From: Chiloscyllium plagiosum
Taxonomy: Eukaryota
NCBI RefSeq assembly: GCF_004010195.1
Contig: NC_057728.1
Coordinates: forward strand, 47,083,058-47,147,057
Length of the DNA stretch: 64,000 nt
Direction of reading: 5' to 3'
Shown here: positions 11,962-23,940 of the stretch, in pieces
Numbering within the stretch: the stretch's first letter is position 1
How the letters are laid out: every line of letters begins with the position of its first letter
The notes under the pieces: model-generated
Database searches by the model: none
What the model was told of the DNA's origin: nothing
Seen by the model: the letters and a program-made list of their open reading frames with translations, nothing else
Position numbers and translations under genes: made by a program

Positions 11962-13039
11962 TTTAAATACATGCTGCCACCTTTTGGAAGGAAGACCTGG
12001 ATAACTGCAATAGAGTTCTGAAATAATCCTTTTGGGGAATCAACTATATGCTATATTATATACTTTTGACTCTTCCAAGGGGGCATCAGACTTTTCCTTC
12101 ACTCTGTGCTGTTCTTTCTATCCTTGGGTCTGCAACAGTTATATTTTCCTGGAATGGGAGTAAAGGAGGGATTGAGGAAGCTGAAAGTGGGTGACAGAGC
12201 TATAAGTACAAGTGAAGGAAAGGTGATGAGGTGGCCCAAGGGAATGGGTATTCAATGTAGAGGCCATGCAGAATTAGTAGAGTGGAGGATTGGGATGGAG
12301 AGAGCAAATGAGGGAAGATTTGGCGGGGAAGGGGGGGGTAGAGCATGAGACTCAGTGGGAGGAAAGTACAGTAGCAAAGATAGAGTGGGTGTGAAATGGT
12401 AGAGAGGAGTTGATTGCCTGGTACAGCAAACAAGGTCATTGACCTTCTTTGGGCATTGTTGGGAATTTCTCCAGATTGGGAGACCACCGTCACCAAGGTG
12501 GAAACCTCAGGCTGGGTTGGCATGGTCTGGGGTCGTGGCATCCTCTGCCAGCCACTGGGGGAAGCGGACAACCCTACCCTGCGCACACCACCCACCAAGA
12601 CCTTCCAATCCCTGTTCTCAAAGCAGGCTACCAGTCTCCCATTAACTGCCATATCTGGGGTAAATGGCATGAAACGAGTAGGGTAGCTCCGGACGGCCAG
12701 TGCTTGACCAGGTCTTTTACATAGGAGTTAGTTTTGGGGAGCCTGGCCTCTGCAATGACAAATATTTCCATCAATGGTCAGCTGGAGAATTGGGCTAGCA
12801 TCATGTGAGCAGGGCACATTAGGGGCATGGTACATGGTTAATGAGATAGGTCTGAGATGTTAATGTGAGAAAACCCACTGGACCTGATCAAGAGAAGCCC
12901 TTCATGAAACTCAAAGAAAATTATACTTAAATGATTTCAGGTAAGATTCAGCTGTAAATTCAAATACCACCATGGCAACTGATGGAATTTAAATTCAATT
13001 ACTCAATCTGGAATAAAACCTCATCTCAAAACTGGTGAC

Positions 13040-13665
13040 TATGAAACCAATGGAATGTAGTGCAAAGACGTACTGGGCAGGCCAAATGGATACTGTGGCT
13101 CCAAGTGCCAGTGTCAGAGATTAGGAATTTTGAGTTGAATAACTCATGTCCTGACTCACCAAAGCATGTCCTCCATCTCCATGGCACAAGTCAGGAGTGT
13201 GACGGAATACTCCCCACTTGCCTGGATGAGTGCAGCTCCAACAGCACGCAAGAAGCTCCATTCAGGACAAAGCCCCTTAATTGGTTTGGCATCCATCATT
13301 GGCTCACAACAGGAGCAGATCATTGTCACCTCCACAATACACATAAGGAAGTTGGCCTGTGTATCCTTCAACAGTACCTTCCAAATCCATCCCACTACCA
13401 CTGAAGTACTCTAGGGAAGCAGAGGCATGGCAACAGTATAACCTACAGGTTCCCCTCCAAGACACACACCACCCTGACTTGTAGCTTCGTCACTGCTCCT
13501 TCACTGTCACTTCCTTCACTCATTTTCTGATATCACTGAGAGTGTACCTACATCACATAATCTGCAAGGTTTCAGGATGGTGACTGTACTACCAACTTTT
13601 CAAGGGCATTTCAAGATGGGCAACAAATACTGTCCTTGCCAGCAACTCTCTCATTCCAAAAACAC
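13040..13665 (+). mobile_element. CR1/L2-type LINE (family B) 3' part
   Basis: AQVRSVTEYSPLAWMSAAPT motif (ORF 13166..13414) and tail caagggcatttcaagatgggcaacaaatactgtccttgccagc. Confidence 0.7.
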
Positions 13666-14559
13666 TTTTTTCACTCCTTTGAGTTACTCAAACATTTTCC
13701 CAACAATAGTCCATACAATGAAACAAAAGTTGATTAGAATACTGTTACAAGTTTGAATGATGATAGCTAAACAATATTTGAATAAGTTGCAGAAGCAACA
13801 TTTCTCCAAGATCCACAATTAATTCATCAGAAATTTGAAATAACATTCCAGATTCACTTCTATGAATTTTGACTGCAACTCTGAAACTTCTCCTGGCCAT
13901 TTATATGCACTTGGCTGGAAATGCACTGATTGTGGTCAACTGCTTGAATAATTTAGCATAGTGTTCCCTGATGTATTGTAATAGTCATTATGTTAATCTG
14001 CAGTGCTTTAGAATTCAGTCTCAGTATGTGAGCTTGACTGCCAAGGCTGGCAGTAATATCCTTGCCAGGCTGTCCTGAGAAGTGAAAGTAGGCCTTTTTA
14101 CTGGAGTTGGATAAACTAGATACCTTTGGATGCATCAAAAGAGGAAACTGATTTTTAAATTACAGAAATCTCTGACTATAAGCTCTTGCAATATATGTGA
14201 AAACAATCTCAAAAAAATTATATTGAGCTGCCAAATTTTATTCTTAATCCAAGACAAGCATTACCACTACAGTCACCAAATGATTCATAATCACTTTCCT
14301 TTCTGTGTTTATTGTTAATAAATAAACTTGCACTTTTTCTTTTTTTCCCAAAGGCCTAGCTATTTTCCACATTATGCCATGTCATGTCTCAAAAGAAGAC
14401 ACATTGATGGTCACGCTAAGTTCAGTAACCGTTCCAAGCACATGTTCAGTTCACATTAGGTCCAACAGCAATTTCTTAGACCTGAGCAAAACACAATGTC
14501 ACATTTGATATTGTTTGCATTCAGAAGGAGGAGCCATTATTGATGTCAATTAATGAATT

Positions 14560-15080
14560 GGAGAGGAGGCAGAGCCATTTACCAGAATGGTACCAGGGAG
14601 GAGAGACTTCAATTAGATAAGAATAATGGAGAAGCTGGAAGTGTTCTCCATGTTGCAGAGAAGGTAAGAGGAGATTTTATAAACATGTTCAAAATTGTAA
14701 AATGGTGGAAGTGTAAAAATGAGAAGCTGTTTCTAGATTAGATTAGATTAGATTACATTACATTACAGTGTGGAAACAGGCCCTTCGGCCCAACAAGTCC
14801 ACGCCGACCCGCCGAAGCGCAACCCACCCACACATTTACCCCTTACCTAACACTACAGGCAATTTAGCATGGCCAATTCACCTGACCTGCACATCTTTGG
14901 ACTATGGGAGGAAACCGGATTGAACCCGGGTCTCCGGCGCTGTGAGGCAGCAGTGCTAACCACTGTGCCACCGTGCTGCCCAAAAGGCCTAGCTATTTTC
15001 CACTTTATGCCATGTCTTCTAGTTACAGAAGAGTTGGTAAACCAGAGATAAAGATTTAAGATGATCAACAGAAGAACCAC
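14560..15080 (+). mobile_element. Old CR1 fragment interrupted by an HE1 SINE
   Basis: ttaccagaatggtaccaggg...gagaagctggaagtgttctcc...gaggagattttataaacatgttcaaaatt. Resumes after 15016. Confidence 0.6.
14733..14981 (-). mobile_element. HE1-like SINE (internally deleted, young)
   Basis: Reverse head gggcagcacggtggcacagtggttagcactgctgcctcacagcgcc and an (agatt)n tail at 14734-14755. Confidence 0.9.
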
Positions 15081-15095
15081 AGTGAGAAGAAGTGA

Positions 15096-15388
15096 GTTAG
15101 CACTGCTGCCTCACAGCGCCAGAGACCCGGGTTCAATTCCCGACTCAGGCGACTGACTGTGTGGAGTTTGCACGTTCTCCCCGTGTCTGCGTGGGTTTCC
15201 TCCGGGTGCTCCGGTTTCCTCCCACAATCCAAAAATGTGCGGGTCAGGTGAATTGGCCATGCTAAATTGCCCGTAGTGTTAGGTTAAAGGGGTAAATGTA
15301 GGGGTATGGGTGGGTTGCGCTTTGGCGGGTCGGTGTGGACTTGTTGGGCCGAAGGGCCTGTTTCCACACTGTAAGTAATCTAATCTAA
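15096..15388 (+). mobile_element. HE1-like SINE (5'-truncated, young, CpG-rich)
   Basis: gttagcactgctgcctcacagcgccagagacccgggttcaattccc, full V-domain, tail gtaatctaatctaat. Confidence 0.9.
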
Positions 15389-15759
15389 TAAAGCTTTTTT
15401 CTTTATACTCAGTTGTTGTAGATGGAAATAGACTGAATAATAATTTCGAAGAAGAGAATTCCCATCTGGAAGGGAAAATATGCACAAAACACCAAGAAAA
15501 TTAATTGGGTAACTCTACTAAGAGGTCAAAATACGAATCATGGGTCAAATTGTAGCCTTCAAAGCAATAGCATTTTATGGGCTGGGTTTTTTTACTGAGC
15601 TGACCCTTGACAATAGGAGAGGGGACAGGGCCTCAGAATTTGCAGGAGACCCAGAAACCAAGACTTCCCCAGCACCATGTCAAGTTTCCATAGCATACAC
15701 ATTAACTCATTGATGAGTCCCTTGTCCGGAGTCCAGTCTGATTAACAGGATTGGTTTCC

Positions 15760-16110
15760 CATCAAGAAGGAACGATGCTGGTGAAGGTTGTAAAATCTGG
15801 GGAATCTAGAAAAGGGTTGTCAGTATGGAGCAGGTAAGGTGGTCTCTGTGGGTGGAGTATGGAGAGGGGAAGAAGGATTCATTTGCAAGGAAAGAGGATG
15901 GTTGACTGATGATGTGTGAGAGGGGATTGATGCCAGGGAAGGGCTAGTTGTGGGATGGCAAGTGAAGAGCTGAGGCAATCATTTAGATGCACTGTCAATC
16001 CCAGGATTCTGGGAATGAGATGGGAAGTGGAGGGAAATCAGAGGACCAGCTCAAGGCTTGATGGGACAGACGAATGACATCAGTCTATGTTGGTGAGGGG
16101 GGAGGGGAGG
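15760..16110 (-). mobile_element. Decayed PLE ORF fragment
   Basis: Purine-rich antisense sequence resembling the PLE pieces at 34140-34620. Confidence 0.35.
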
Positions 16111-17834
16111 GTTTTCACTTCAAGAACGTTCGGCCCATTTGTGAGAACCACTCAGACAGGCACACTGAACCCAAAAAGTAAACACTGTATTAAGTCTCCT
16201 GGTCAGTGTGCCTTTAAAACACATGCTCACGATATCATTAGTCTGTCATAGCGTGTGATCTGAGGGTATGGTAAGTTCAATAAGGAATTTGGCATAAATA
16301 TCTTTACCCAAAGACTGATTGGAAACTTAAAGAGTCAGCAAAACTTGCCACCACTTGAAATAACAGAGACATTTAAGGGGAGAGGAGGTAAATCATAGAA
16401 CATTTAGCTGTGAGAGTCAATGACATAGTAACAGGATACTCCTGGGAAACACAAAAACCAGTTGGACCAAGTGATCAGTATTCTGAGTATTAATTACAAG
16501 TAATTCTATATAATTAAAAACCTTCTTCTATAACTCTGACACAAAAAAACTATCCAAACTGCTTCAGAGAAGCACAGCTTAAAAATAAAAAATTGAAAGA
16601 AGGAGATATTAGGTAAAGGTAAGAAAGTCTCTATGTCTGGCTGACTTCACAGCCTCGAATCCAGAGACAGATCTCCTGGTAGAGTACACTTCTCCTCCTT
16701 GGGTCTATGGCATTTCCTTTCCAACTTGGGGTGTGGCGCCTCCTAGAGGATGTGCACACTGTGTTGTTCTTTCCACTCCAGCCGTAAGGTGATTAAGGTC
16801 TTGGAATAAAGATGAAACAAAGAACCTCCCCCCTATAATTTTCTGAGTTCTTTCATAGTGGTTTAACACCTATTATTTGCACTCGATCCATGCATGTTAT
16901 ACCTCAACATTCTGAACACACTTAAACAGCATTGTTTACATAGATTCTTCCAAAATTCATTTTTGAGTTCTTGTGACACTTAATGCCTACCCTTGCTGGC
17001 TGTTGAGATGATGTTGGTTGACCTTCCTAAACCGCTGCTGTCCATATTGTGGAAAGTACTACCTCAGTACTATTGGTTTGGGAATTGCAGGATTGTGGCC
17101 CAGATAAAGTGCCCTTGGCTTTCTAAGTAGTAGAGTTTGTAACTTTGGAAAGTGCTGCAAGAGAAACCTTGATACGTTTCTGCAGCACATCTTAAAGATA
17201 ATACACCATAGTACATCAGTGGGAGAGGGTGTGGATTGGATGGAGTGCCAGTCAAGAGGGCTGCTAAGATCTAGATAATATCAAATTTCTTGGAACATTT
17301 TGTACTTCTATCAAATCTCTTTTTCTTGCCTTTTTTTGTTCTGTTGGGTCAGTTTTATCTGACTTTTGTCTTTATCCCTTCACATTTCATGAAGTTTATT
17401 TTTATGCAGCAATTATCACTCTTTTTGGCTGTTGCATCATGCCATCTCTTGATCTTCAATCTCCCTTGGTTGCCACCTTATCAGAGACAACCTTCCCCCC
17501 CCCCCCCCCCCCCCCCACCTTGTTCCTCATGCCCCCTTACCATTTCCAATGACTTAAAACTCTTACATTTCTATCTTTTCTCATTTCTAATGAAATTCCC
17601 AAAACTTTAGCCGGGATATTTATCACTGAGACTGGCAGTAGGAATTAGGAAAATGTCGGTGCTCTGGTGAAGAGTCTGGAATAATGTCATCTTTATTCTA
17701 AGGAGTGGGTTGTGGTGGGGGGGGGAGGGGGAGATGGTGGTGGTGGTGGTGGTGGTGGTGGTGGGGACAGGTCCAGGCTGCAGTTAGACCAGCTGACCCA
17801 GGGAAGTGGCCACAGGGCTGGCTCTTACGTATTG

Positions 17835-17938
17835 TCAAAACAACCCTGTTCAGAGATGTTAGTATCTATCTCTAGAGCAGGGATTTGAACCCAAGCTGCC
17901 TAGCACAGAGGTAGGGACTACACCACTGCACAAGAGCC
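17835..17938 (-). mobile_element. Short tRNA-derived SINE head
   Basis: Reverse: ggctcttgtgcagtggtgtagtccctacctctg...gggttcaaatccc (A and B boxes). Confidence 0.55.
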
Positions 17939-18207
17939 TACAGCTCTGTTAATTTATACAAGTTAAGTAGTTTTGAGTGCTTGCTACTTCTGCTACTGGT
18001 AATTTAAATAGTTTCAATAATTCACACTTTTATTGTCCTGTTGGAAAAGGACTTTTTAAATGCAGTGGCAAGAAATGAGCAAACAAAATTCTGAAGCTAT
18101 TTTATAAACAGCCTATCCTATCAACAGTATTGATTCTTTGCAATTGTACAGTGTAAGATGGGCATGGAAGTACCATAGCTCGGCAAAAGAGGCACAATGA
18201 TCCATTA

Positions 18208-18406
18208 GGGTGTGTAAATGTCACTGTCTGTGTCTCTGAGTGTGTCTGTCTCTGCATGTCCGTGTGTATCTGTGTGTGTGTGTTCATGTGTCTATGTGTG
18301 GCTGTGTGTCTGTGTGAATGTGTGTCTCTGTGTGTATGTGTCCCCGTGTGTGTGTGTTTATGTGTGTGCCTATGTCTCTGAGTGTGTGTTTGTGTCTCTG
18401 TATGTG
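18208..18406. repeat. Degenerate (TG)n/(TGTC)n microsatellite
   Basis: Visible directly in the sequence. Confidence 0.9.
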
Positions 18407-19429
18407 GGTTCTACCCACACCTTCAAAAAGGACTTCTGAAAATCAGAAAATTTGGGAATGGAGTCAGGAATCCACGAATTAGAGGGTGCCTGTCATTGTC
18501 TGAAGCAAATAAACAATTAAAATGTGGCCAAATTGCTAAATAATTTACTAAACATTATAGGAATGCTTAACTGGTAACAATGACATGCCTGACCAAGTTC
18601 CCAATAGTTGCATCCTCGGATTAGGTGGAATTGCAATCATACCTATCCCATTTAAACAGTATTGGATACAAGAACATGGTCACATTGTGGGGTTTTTTAC
18701 ACCAATTTTTTTCACTACAGCAGGAACCCTGGGGGATGAAAGGGCTACCTTTAAGGCTGGAATTTAGTTGCACACAAACTTAATGTTTTGTTTACTTTTG
18801 TACTGCTTTGTCTGAATCATTGTGCAATTTATACCATAGGTCAAGTTTTAAAGCAAATGCAGTCTTCTCTCTCTAGAAGTGCGATTACATTTCAAGGTCT
18901 GACTGCTGCCATCATGTGGTTGTGGATTGCTGAGATTAAGGGTTCTTGTAAGGTACCACAGCTGTTCTGCAATCTCGGCTTCAGAGATGAAGAAAAGTGA
19001 TTGAACACAGCGTAGATCTCCTATACTCTGGGATTTGTCCTTTTGCTCACCGCCACTCTTTGCTGCCACCTTGTCAGCCCAGACCATTGCCAACCATGTC
19101 AAGATGGTGCAGCCTAAAGACTGGTGTTCTGTCCGCAAAACCGCTCATGGTTCTCCTCCGAGAACACTTGCAGTTTCCCCTGAGAAATTCCCATGCTTAC
19201 AGCCATTGGCATAACACTGTGAACAAACTCCAGCCCAGGTAAAGGGACGCAGAGGACAGACAATAAAGGAATGGATAAATTTCTAACTTGCATATGTAGC
19301 ACGGCATAATTTCACTTATAAATTCAGCTTGGAAAGGTTATTTTGTGGCCACTTCTACATTGCATCCTGGCCAAGTGGATGCTGCAATCGCCATTGATGG
19401 AGGGAAGAAATAGCATTGGGGAATGGACA

Positions 19430-20040
19430 ATTGAAGTGAAGTTCCTGTTGGATGAGTTCTACCTGGCCTGCCTGACCAGAAAGGGCTCATAAGTTTTCCT
19501 CCTCCCTTCCTGTTCCTCTTCTTCCTTCTACTTCTACTCTTCCTGCTCCTCAGCAGCTCGTTGTGTAGCTGGTGGTGAGGGCTAGCCCTTCATTATGGTG
19601 ACAGAGTGCTGCCTGTGCCAGACCACAGCAAACATGAAGCCCAGTCAGCAGGATTCCTCCAGGGTGATGCAAGCAGAAGCAATGTTTCTGCGAGCCAGTG
19701 GGCTGCTGTGTTACATTTTGTGGGGCAGCTTGGCTTTCATCGTACAAATGCCGTGTGTGGGGGAATTACAGACTGCATTCATCAGCCACGTTGTCAATGC
19801 ACAACCATTTTATTATGTCACAGTGGGTGAATTAAAGCTGGTACAATGGACTGTCACAGAATAATGGCATCATCACATCGCTGCCCACAGTCACACATCA
19901 GCTCCCTGTTAGCAGAGAGTTTTCAGTAAAGGTCAGAATTGCAGGCAGCATCCACAAAGCTGCATGCATCTGGGCAATGGTACCCTTTCTCATATATTCA
20001 TTTCTATTGCTGTCTTCTACCATCAGATGTGATCAGGTGT
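19430..20040 (-). mobile_element. Decayed Harbinger/PIF (HARBI1-like DDE_Tnp_4) transposase C-terminal half
   Basis: Reverse: GCALTTWLMNAVCNS..LYDESQAAPQNVTQQPTGSQKHCFCLHHPGGIL (compare GYPLTTWLMTP..YNESHAATRNVIEQTIGVLKQRFRCLDRSGG), then an acidic Glu-rich tract. Confidence 0.65.
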
Positions 20041-20275
20041 CTCTCGGCTATATTCACTCCCACTGATCCTTCTGTTGGTATTAGCCTAGCCTATTGATAC
20101 CATGTGGGAAACGAAGACGACAAAACATCTGAGGCACAGGTTCGACTCAATCTTAATGAGCAATAAAGAGGTTTATTACATATCACAAGTAGCAACATCA
20201 CATTCAACATACATCATTGTCACTTGTGAGACATCAGGCTCAATGTAAAAGTAAACACACATTAATACTTCAGCT

Positions 20276-20512
20276 AAAAAACCAAACAAGAAAATGCTGG
20301 AAAATCTCAGCAGGTCTGGCAGCATCTGTAAGGAGAGAAAAGAGCTGACGTTTCGAGTCTAACTGACCCTTTGTCAAAGCTAAAAAAGGGGGAAATAGGG
20401 AGGTGTTTATACTGGGCTGAGAGAAGGTGAATCATGGCTCCAGAAGTAAAGGTTGCAATAAAGAGGTGATAATGACAGTGCACAGAGAGATTATAGGGAG
20501 ATTAGGAGTTTC
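20276..20512 (-). mobile_element. PLE pLTR micro-insertion with variant hammerhead
   Basis: aaatgctggaaaatctcagcaggtctggcagcatctg motif. TSD atacttcagct at 20265-20275 and 20513-20523. Confidence 0.85.
20343..20381 (-). ncRNA. Minimal hammerhead with U3-A8 core covariation
   Basis: Reverse: agct TTGACAA a gggtc agtta gactc GAAA cGTC agct. Stems I and II both pair fully (one G-U in stem II). Confidence 0.7.
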
Positions 20513-20699
20513 ATACTTCAGCTTCATGTTAACACAAAGAACAATCACCGAAGCAGACTGCACTCTAGTGGCATTGGTTAGCTCCTCAATGGAACAGTTC
20601 TTGACATCCTCTTGGGAAGGATTTAACTTGTGATGTCAATTAACCCTTTAGGTGCTATTATACTACCTCCTCCCCGTGTGGATATCTGCAGATATCTCA

Positions 20700-20778
20700 A
20701 AATTGACCTGCTGCGCTTTTCCAGCAACACATTTTCAGCTCTGATCTCCAGCATCTGCAGTCCTCACTTTCTCCACGA
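20700..20778 (+). mobile_element. PLE pLTR 3' micro-insertion (no hammerhead)
   Basis: tgacctgctgcgcttttccagc...ccagcatctgcagtcctcactttctcc. TSD agatatctca at 20690-20699 and 20779-20788. Confidence 0.85.
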
Positions 20779-21173
20779 AGATATCTCAGAGACAACACCC
20801 CGAAGAAATCAATCAGTAACTAACCTGTGAGTATTTGTCTGTTCCTCTAAGTAGCACTGGTTGGCATTCCTGCCTGTTACTAAAAACATATTCAATTAGC
20901 CAAGTTTGATGTTTTAATTGAAGCTTTGAGCTCTAAATCTGCATTGCTGACAATAAAGCAGTATTGTACACTGCTCGCTCTACGTATTTTCAGCAGACTT
21001 AGACTGCAAAAGCACGAACAGCCTCAGTCATTGATGGGGATTTTCACCACTGCTGATACCATTTTGGAGTTCCAAGGACACTAGTAACACATAAAACATT
21101 AGCACCATCTCTAACTTTTCCTTATATTTTTAAACCTAATTTTAATTCACTGGAACCAGTAATTGTAATAGAT

Positions 21174-21192
21174 TGACCACTAGGTGGCGGTA
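21174..21192 (+). promoter_or_regulatory. Candidate CTCF binding site
   Basis: tgaccactaggtggcggta against consensus TGGCCACCAGGGGGCGCTA. A GC-rich core in AT-rich, non-repeat context. Confidence 0.55.
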
Positions 21193-21360
21193 TGAAACAA
21201 CTCTTAGTAGGATTTTAATAATGAACAATTTAATAAATTCACAATAAGCACAGAATGGAATCAATGTTATTTAGGTTTTTGATATCTGTTTTTTAAACTC
21301 TGAACTATTTTAGATATGTATTTGATTTCTCTCCAAGTCAAGTGCCATCTTCTTATACTG

Positions 21361-21665
21361 GGTCAGCTGTAGCACAGTTGGTTAAGAACCTTGTTAGTGG
21401 TTTAGGAACTTGTGAAATTAAGACCCACTCTGAAGACTTAAGCAGAAAAGATGGAAGCTGACATACCAGTGCTGTACATAGCGAGTGCTGCATCATTGGA
21501 GGTGCTGCCTTTCAGAGGAGATGCATATTATTTGTGGGAGCTTGTTGAGTGGTAATTCACCATTTCGCTTCCTGCATTAAAGCAGCAACTACGTTTTTGG
21601 CAGTGATGCACTTTGGAACACTCTGTGTAGCTATACAATTTATATACTATATAAATACAACTTTC
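21361..21665 (+). mobile_element. Deu-domain SINE (SacSINE1-like), internally deleted
   Basis: cccactctgaagacttaagca...gctgacataccagtgc...gagtgctgcatcattggaggtgctgcctttcag...tttgtgggagcttg...ctatataaatacaa. Confidence 0.65.
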
Positions 21666-22077
21666 TCTCTTTGAGAATCTTTTCAAAAAGATAAAACCTT
21701 CAGTTTCATGCTTAGAACAATACTTTGAAATGTCCAATATTTTGAACTTACAGGAAATATGTTTTCATACTGTCCTCAAAAGATATTGTGAAAGTAACTG
21801 CCCTTAAGATCAAAGCAGCAGTCAACCAAGTGTGGCATCAAGGAGCCTGAGCTCAACTGCAGTCAATAAGAGTCAGGAAAAAAAAAATCTCCACTAGTTG
21901 GAGCCACAAAGGAAGATGGTAGTGGTTGCTGCTACTTAATCATCTCAGTCCCATACATCCCTTCAGGTGTTCCTCTGGATATTATCCAAGGTTCAACCAT
22001 TTTCAACTACTTCATCAATGGTTTTCCCTTCATCATAAGGTCAGAAGTGGGAATGTTCACTGTTGAGTGCACAATAT

Positions 22078-22515
22078 GAACACGCAAATTAGGAGCAGAA
22101 AGGAGACGACTCCTTCATTCAATAAGGTCATGACTGATCTGATCCTCTATTCAATAAGATCACAACTGATCATGTTCCCAGTTTCCACCTTTCACTTAAC
22201 GTCTCATTACCTTTCTTATCAAGAATCTACCTGCCATTGCCTTAAAGTATTCAAGCACTCTGCTTCTCCACTTTTTGAGAGCATTCCATAGACTCACAAC
22301 ACAAAAATACTGCCTCTTTATCTTAAGTGGGTGACCCCTCTATTTTTAAACAGTGACCTCTAGCTTGAGATTTACCCACAAGAGGAAGCATCCTTTCCAC
22401 AAGCACCCTGTCAAGATTCTTCACTAACATATGTTTCCCTAGTCAGCTCTTAACTTTCTAAGCTATAGTAGATGCAAGCCTGGCTTGTCCACTCTCTCTT
22501 CATAAAACAGGAAAC
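22078..22515 (-). mobile_element. CR1 3' fragment nested in family B LINE
   Basis: aattaggagcagaa...cattcaataaggtcatgactgatc...tcaagaatctacc...cccctctatttttaaacagtgacc. Confidence 0.7.
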
Positions 22516-23125
22516 TCATCATTTGCAAATTCTCAGATACTGATGCAGTCTGTATTCATATGGAAAAAGACTTTGAAAACATTCTGACTCAGGACCATAA
22601 GTAGCAAGCAACATTCTTGCCACACAAATGCTAGACAATGCCTATCTCTGTTGTTAAAAAAAATCAAACTATCTTCCCTTGATATTCAATGGCATTACCA
22701 TCCTGAATCCCCTAAAATCAACCCCCTGAGGATTGCCTATTGACCAATCCATGTAAATACTGTGGCTAAAAGAGCAGGTAAGAGGCTGGGAATTCAGTGA
22801 CAAGCAACTCATTGTACACTCCCTTCTTGTCTGGATGAATGCACCTGAGGAATACTCAAGTAACACAACGCCATCCAGAACAAAGCAGCCTAAATAGCTG
22901 CTGCTGACCGCATTAAACATTCAATCTCTCCACCACCAACACACGGCAACAGTAGTGTGTGCTACATACAAAATGCAGTGCAGTAGTTCACTAAGGTATC
23001 TTCAACAACACCTCCCAAATATGCAACTTCCAGCACCTGGATGGACAAGCGCAGCAGATGCGTGGAAACATGACCACCTGCAAACACCCCTCCAAGTCAC
23101 ACATCAACCTGACTTGAATTAAGCT

Positions 23126-23212
23126 GGTAAAAAAACAATGACTGCAGATGCTGGAAACCAGATTAGTGGTGCTAGAAGAGCACAGCAGTTCAGGCAGCAT
23201 CCAAGGAGCAGC
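23126..23212 (-). mobile_element. PLE pLTR micro-insertion (no hammerhead)
   Basis: ggtaaaaaaacaatgactgcagatgctggaaaccaga..gtggtgctagaagagcacagcagttcaggcagcatcc. Confidence 0.8.
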
Positions 23213-23360
23213 ATTCCTTTAAGGTGGCTAGGTTAAAAGTCTGGAATTCCCTTGAATTCCTACATCACATGGATTGTAGCAGTTCAAGAGGCAGTTCAAC
23301 ACTATCTTCACAAGGGCAGTATAGGTAGGAGACAAATGTTGGCCTAGTCAGTAATGTCCA

Positions 23361-23940
23361 CATAGAGACATAGAGTCATAGAGACATAGAGTCACAGCAT
23401 GGAAACAGACCCTTCGGTCCAACCCTTCCATGCCGACCAGATATCCCAACCCAATCTAGTCCCACCTGCCAGCACCCGGCCCATATCCTGCCAAACCCTT
23501 CCTATTCATATACCCATCCAAATGCCTTTTAAATGTTGCAATCACACCAGCCTCCACCACTTCCTCTGGCAGCTCATTCCATACACATACCACCTTCTGT
23601 GTGAAAAAGTTACCCCCTAGGTCTCTTTTATATCTTTCCCCTCTCACCCTAAACCTATGCCCTCTAGTTCTGGTCTCCCCGACCCCAGGGAAAAGACTTT
23701 GCCTATTTACCCTACCCATGCCCCTCATAATTTTGTAAACTTCTATAAGGTCACCCCTCAGCCTCCGACACTCCAGGGAAAACAGCCCCAGCCTGTTCGG
23801 CCTCTCCCTATAGCTGAAATCCTCCAACCCTGGCAACATCCTTGTAAATCTTTTCTGAACTCTTTCAAGTTTCACAACATCTTTCCGATAGGAAGGAGAC
23901 CACAATTGCACGCAACAGTGGCCCAACCAATGTCCTGTAT
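23361..23940 (-). mobile_element. HER1/CR1 LINE 3' end (young)
   Basis: ORF 23456..23956 reads CVQLWSPSYRKDVVKLERVQKRFTRMLPGLE...NFFTQKVVCVWNELP. (catagag(a/t))n tail. Confidence 0.92.

Larger units (their letters stand above)
21770..23364 (+). mobile_element. CR1/L2-type LINE (family B), RT to 3' end, interrupted by three insertions
   Basis: GVPLDII-GSTIFNYFINGFPFIIRSEVGMFTVEC (RT domains 4-5). Resumes at about 22518. Tail caagggcagtataggtaggagacaaatgttggcc. Confidence 0.75.

Noticed and set aside
16630..16830. Minus-strand splice-acceptor-like site (ttctttgtttcatctttattccaag) before GC-balanced sequence
   Set aside because: All three frames hit stops without a recognisable domain or clear donor. 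A non-coding or terminal exon cannot be excluded.
18218..18439. Cys/Val-rich ORF
   Set aside because: Translation of a TG microsatellite.
23119..23227. Apparent TSD ttaag(c/g)tgg around the PLE insert
   Set aside because: The right copy is offset into host LINE sequence, so it is not counted as a TSD.
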